IMG/VR virus record: IMGVR_UViG_3300037762_000204
Coordinates: 1 to 48,548 of that record
DNA length: 48,548 nucleotides
Strand: one strand, 5' to 3'
Source of the DNA: a virus
Lineage: Duplodnaviria; Caudoviricetes
How positions within the stretch are numbered: position 1 is the first letter of the stretch; each line of letters starts with the position of its first letter. The notes beneath the pieces are model-generated. The model was not told where the DNA came from, ran no database searches, and was given only the letters and a program-made list of their open reading frames with translations. Position numbers and translations under genes: made by a program. Below are positions 45,609-48,548 of the stretch, piece by piece.

Positions 45609-45932
45609 GTGTCGAGCGAGGAGGTCGAGCGGGTGACCGACGCCATCGACGCACTCAGGGAGATCGCTGACCCCAGGCAGAGGGCGCGTGATCTGTCAGA
45701 GCTTCTGGACCAATGGCCTGACCAGCACGCCCAGATCAGGGCCATGCGTAAGACGGCGTTCGAGGAGCTCAACAAGGGGGGGATGACCTACCGGCAGATC
45801 GCTGCCGAGTTCGGCATCAGCGTCGCGCGCGTCGGCCAGATCATGACGGGGGTGACGAACCCGAGGACCCAGAAGAACCCGCCGCCGAAGAAGCGGCCGA
45901 GGAAGAAGCCCGACAAACCGTCGGCCGAATAG
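45609..45932 (+). CDS. HTH regulator
   Basis: GMTYRQIAAEFGISVARVGQI; GAGGGAG RBS. Confidence 0.8.
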   Translation: MSSEEVERVTDAIDALREIADPRQRARDLSELLDQWPDQHAQIRAMRKTAFEELNKGGMTYRQIAAEFGISVARVGQIMTGVTNPRTQKNPPPKKRPRKKPDKPSAE

Positions 45933-46002
45933 GAACGGCCGAGCGGTGTCGAAGACCGCCCGGCCGAGAGCAACCAGATCCCTACAAGAGAAAGGCGCTC
46001 CC

Positions 46003-46842
46003 GTGAGCGTAGCAATCCCCGAAAGCGGCGCATCGCCGTTCGACACCATCCGACGGACCCGGCCGGACGACTCCGAGTACTGGTCCGCCCGTGGCATGCA
46101 GCCCCTCATGGGCTACAGCCGTTGGCAGACCATGTCCGTCCCGCTCAACCGCGCCATGGCTGCGGCCCGCAATCAGGGCCTTGACGTCGAGCGCGAGTTT
46201 TCGCAGGTCAGCCAGGTTACCCGATCGGGTAACCTCGGCGACCAGGGCCGCGAGGACTACGAGCTGAGCCGCATGGCCGCGTACCTCCTCGCGATGAACG
46301 GCGACCCGAACAAGCCGGAGATCGCTGCTGCGCAGACGTACTTCGCGGTCCGTACGCGTGAGGCGGAGACGCGTCCGGCGCCCCGGGAGATGACGAAGCT
46401 CGAAGCGCTCCGAGCCGCCATCGAGTCCGAGGAAGGCCGCTTGGTCGCAGAGGCCCGCGCGGAGATCGCCGAGCAGCATGCTGCCGAGCTCGCCCCGTCG
46501 GCGAAGGCGTGGGACACCCTCGCCGACGTCAAGGGCGACTACTCCCTCCGCGACGCCGCCCATATCCTCAATCGTGATCCCAACATCAGCACCGGGCAGC
46601 AGCGCCTCTTGAAGACCCTCCGCTCCCTCGGCATGATCGACCAGCGCGGTATCCCCTACGCCAAGCACGCGGCCCACCTGGTCGAGCGGCCCCGGACGTA
46701 CAAGCATCCGCAGACCGGTGAGCCCGTCCTCGCGAAGCCGCAGATCCGGGTGACGGTGAAGGGCCTGCGGTACCTGCACGGGAAGCTTGACGGAGTCGCG
46801 CCGCTGCGCTTCGAGCAGATCGCGCTCCGCGACGCCGAGTAG
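46003..46842 (+). CDS. Antirepressor (DinD/Bro-like N-terminus plus KilAC/ANT C-terminus)
   Basis: SPFDTIR...EYWSAR...MNGDPNKPEIAAAQTYFAVRTR; LAPSAKAWD...RVTVKGL. Confidence 0.85.
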   Translation: MSVAIPESGASPFDTIRRTRPDDSEYWSARGMQPLMGYSRWQTMSVPLNRAMAAARNQGLDVEREFSQVSQVTRSGNLGDQGREDYELSRMAAYLLAMNGDPNKPEIAAAQTYFAVRTREAETRPAPREMTKLEALRAAIESEEGRLVAEARAEIAEQHAAELAPSAKAWDTLADVKGDYSLRDAAHILNRDPNISTGQQRLLKTLRSLGMIDQRGIPYAKHAAHLVERPRTYKHPQTGEPVLAKPQIRVTVKGLRYLHGKLDGVAPLRFEQIALRDAE

Positions 46843-46855
46843 CCCCGCAACACTG

Positions 46856-46889
46856 CTGCGCCCCGTCTCTTCCCGGAGGCGGGGCGCAG
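46856..46889. terminator. Bidirectional hairpin
   Basis: CTGCGCCCCGTCTC...GAGGCGGGGCGCAG between convergent genes. Confidence 0.7.
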
Positions 46890-46905
46890 TGCTGTCGGGG
46901 TCGGG

Positions 46906-47148
46906 CTACGGGCGCTCCCGATGCGGCCTCGTGTACACCGGCCAGTCCTCCGGCGGCTCCACCACGAGCGGCACCGTGCGCTCCTCCGTACGGACCTCTT
47001 CCGGATCGAACGGGTCGACGAGCTTGCTACCGCTGTCGTCGAGGACGTACTCCCGGTAGCGGATGAGCGGTCCGTCCGGGCCGTCCTCGATGAGGATGTC
47101 GTGGTCGGCGGCGGTCGCCCGGATGAGGCGGGCGGCGTATTCATACAT
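46906..47148 (-). CDS. Hypothetical acidic protein
   Basis: MYEYAARLIR...; typical codon bias. Confidence 0.5.
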   Translation of the reverse strand: MYEYAARLIRATAADHDILIEDGPDGPLIRYREYVLDDSGSKLVDPFDPEEVRTEERTVPLVVEPPEDWPVYTRPHRERP

Positions 47149-47342
47149 GCGGCCAGGATCGCAGCACGGGGCGGCCGCAACGCGGAGCGGCCGCCCGGGG
47201 ACATGGTCTCCCAGGCGGCCGGTGCCACACCCGCAAGGGCGTGGCGGCAACTCTCCCGCACGCAGCCTACGACAGGCCCGAGCACGCGGCAGGGCCCCCG
47301 CCGCGGGAACTGGCGGGGGCCCTGTGCCATCCGGCGGTGCGG

Positions 47343-47975
47343 CTACGACAGGGCCACCGGCCACCCGGCCAGGCCACCGAGCACAGCGCCTACCGACCGG
47401 CCCGCACCGATCGCTGGCACAGCCCACTCGGCCGGGCCGTTCTCGCTGTCCGGCGCGTAGATGATCCGCTCCGGCCGCTGGCCCTCCGGCACGGGGAACA
47501 TGATCAGCCCGCGCACGCAGTCACCCGCCTTCACCGTGACGTCCATCGGGTACTCCGGACGCGGGAGGTCACCACCGGTCGAGCCGGTCACCTCCACCCG
47601 CGCGCCGTCGGCGAACGCGATCGACCACGGGAACTGCGACACCATCACCTGACCGGTGTCGACGCAAAGCTTCGCCTCGACCTGGCCCCACACCTCGCCC
47701 GTCTTGCCGTCCACGTCGGGCGGGGTGATGCCGGTGATGGGCTGCCGGTAGGCGAGCGCGGTGGTGCTGCCGGTGAGGGGTCCGTTCTCGTCTTCGCTTT
47801 CCCATTCCCAGGTCTTGCCGAGGGTGAGCGGCTCAGCTGGTTCGGGCGTGTCCGCTGGTTCGGTGGTGCTGGTCTTGGTGTCCGGCTTGGCGTCGGGCTC
47901 ATTGTCGCTGCTGCATCCGGTGAGGAGTAGTGCGGCGGCGAGCAGCAGGGTGGCGGTGGTGGTTCGGGTGCGCAT
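47343..47975 (-). CDS. Lipoprotein (Ig-like fold suspected)
   Basis: Signal peptide with LTGC lipobox, P/T/D linker, VKAGDCVRGLIMFPVP. Confidence 0.8.
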   Translation of the reverse strand: MRTRTTTATLLLAAALLLTGCSSDNEPDAKPDTKTSTTEPADTPEPAEPLTLGKTWEWESEDENGPLTGSTTALAYRQPITGITPPDVDGKTGEVWGQVEAKLCVDTGQVMVSQFPWSIAFADGARVEVTGSTGGDLPRPEYPMDVTVKAGDCVRGLIMFPVPEGQRPERIIYAPDSENGPAEWAVPAIGAGRSVGAVLGGLAGWPVALS

Positions 47976-48100
47976 GGTGTCCCCAAGGGTTGGTGGTGGC
48001 TCATGATGCGCGCGGCCGGGGGTGGCGCGCGGCGTTTCGACGGAACGGCGGCGCCGGGGGCCCGCCGCGGGTATGCGGCGGGACGGCGGTGCGCGCGGTG

Positions 48101-48400
48101 TCAGGCGTCGCAGTCGCATGCCTCGTGCGGGAACGAGCAGGGCCGGGGATGGACCTTGGATGCCTCGCGGACGGCGATGATGGCGCCGATCACGCCGTGG
48201 CTGAGGCCCGTAGCCAGGCGGTAGCCCTCACGCCAGTAGTCGGCCTCGGTGTGCTGCTCGTCGGCGTCGGCGCGGGCGCGCCTGGTCTCGGCGAGGAGGG
48301 CGCGGGCGTCCTGGTCGGAGAGTCCGGCGGGGCTGTTCAGTGCGGCTTCGACGGCGGCCAGGCGGGCGGCGGTCATGGGCTGGGTGGGGGTGGTGTCCAT
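48101..48400 (-). CDS. Hypothetical protein
   Basis: MDTTPTQPMTAARLAAVEAAL...; AAGGAG RBS. Confidence 0.65.
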   Translation of the reverse strand: MDTTPTQPMTAARLAAVEAALNSPAGLSDQDARALLAETRRARADADEQHTEADYWREGYRLATGLSHGVIGAIIAVREASKVHPRPCSFPHEACDCDA

Positions 48401-48411
48401 GGGGTTCTCCT

Positions 48412-48548
48412 TCAGGCGGGGGTGATGGAGCGGGGGCGTACGCAGGCCACGGCGGTGTTGCCGCTGGTGTCCTTCAGGGCGAAGCGCACACCGGGCAGGT
48501 CGTGGTTGTCGGTGCAGCGCAGGCAGGTGCAGGGGTGTGCGGTGTAGG
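48412..48548 (-). CDS. 3' end of a hypothetical protein (starts outside the window)
   Basis: Open frame ...YTAHPCTCLRCTDNHDLPGVRFAL...SITPA*. Confidence 0.45.
   Translation of the reverse strand, partial: YTAHPCTCLRCTDNHDLPGVRFALKDTSGNTAVACVRPRSITPA

Noticed and set aside
45580-46001. Repeat GAAAGGCGCTCC upstream of two consecutive plus-strand genes
   Set aside because: Only two 12-bp copies, one of which is the RBS region; too weak to call an operator.
1-48548. tRNA/rRNA genes and an exact attP core
   Set aside because: No cloverleaf or rRNA-like stretch was recognised, and attP cannot be fixed without the host attB.

Overview
GC-rich (about 70%) temperate actinophage genome, most likely a Streptomyces-type siphovirus, and nearly complete. 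It is read mostly on the minus strand. Left to right it carries: a truncated replication initiator; a ParB-radical-SAM(Gp37/Gp68)/HNH/TcmP-like module with a divergent Phd-like gene; early genes (HU, WhiB, RusA, DnaQ exonuclease, Sak4-like ATPase, an octapeptide-repeat protein, antirepressor); a Cro/CI switch; a large serine integrase; accessory regulators; lysis, tail, head and terminase genes; a plasmid/AICE spread-like cluster of small membrane and HTH genes; a second antirepressor; and a lipoprotein. Phage genes flank the integrase on both sides, so this looks like the excised or virion form. Highlights are (1) a candidate radical-SAM plus SAM-binding DNA-modification trio, (2) a spread/tether-like module with DNA repeats embedded in its own genes, (3) a terminase split at a -1 slippery heptamer in its Walker A motif, and (4) an ATT-initiated second tail-tube gene next to an antisense HNH cassette. 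All family calls are by motif recognition without database searches, and several starts were reassigned by eye.
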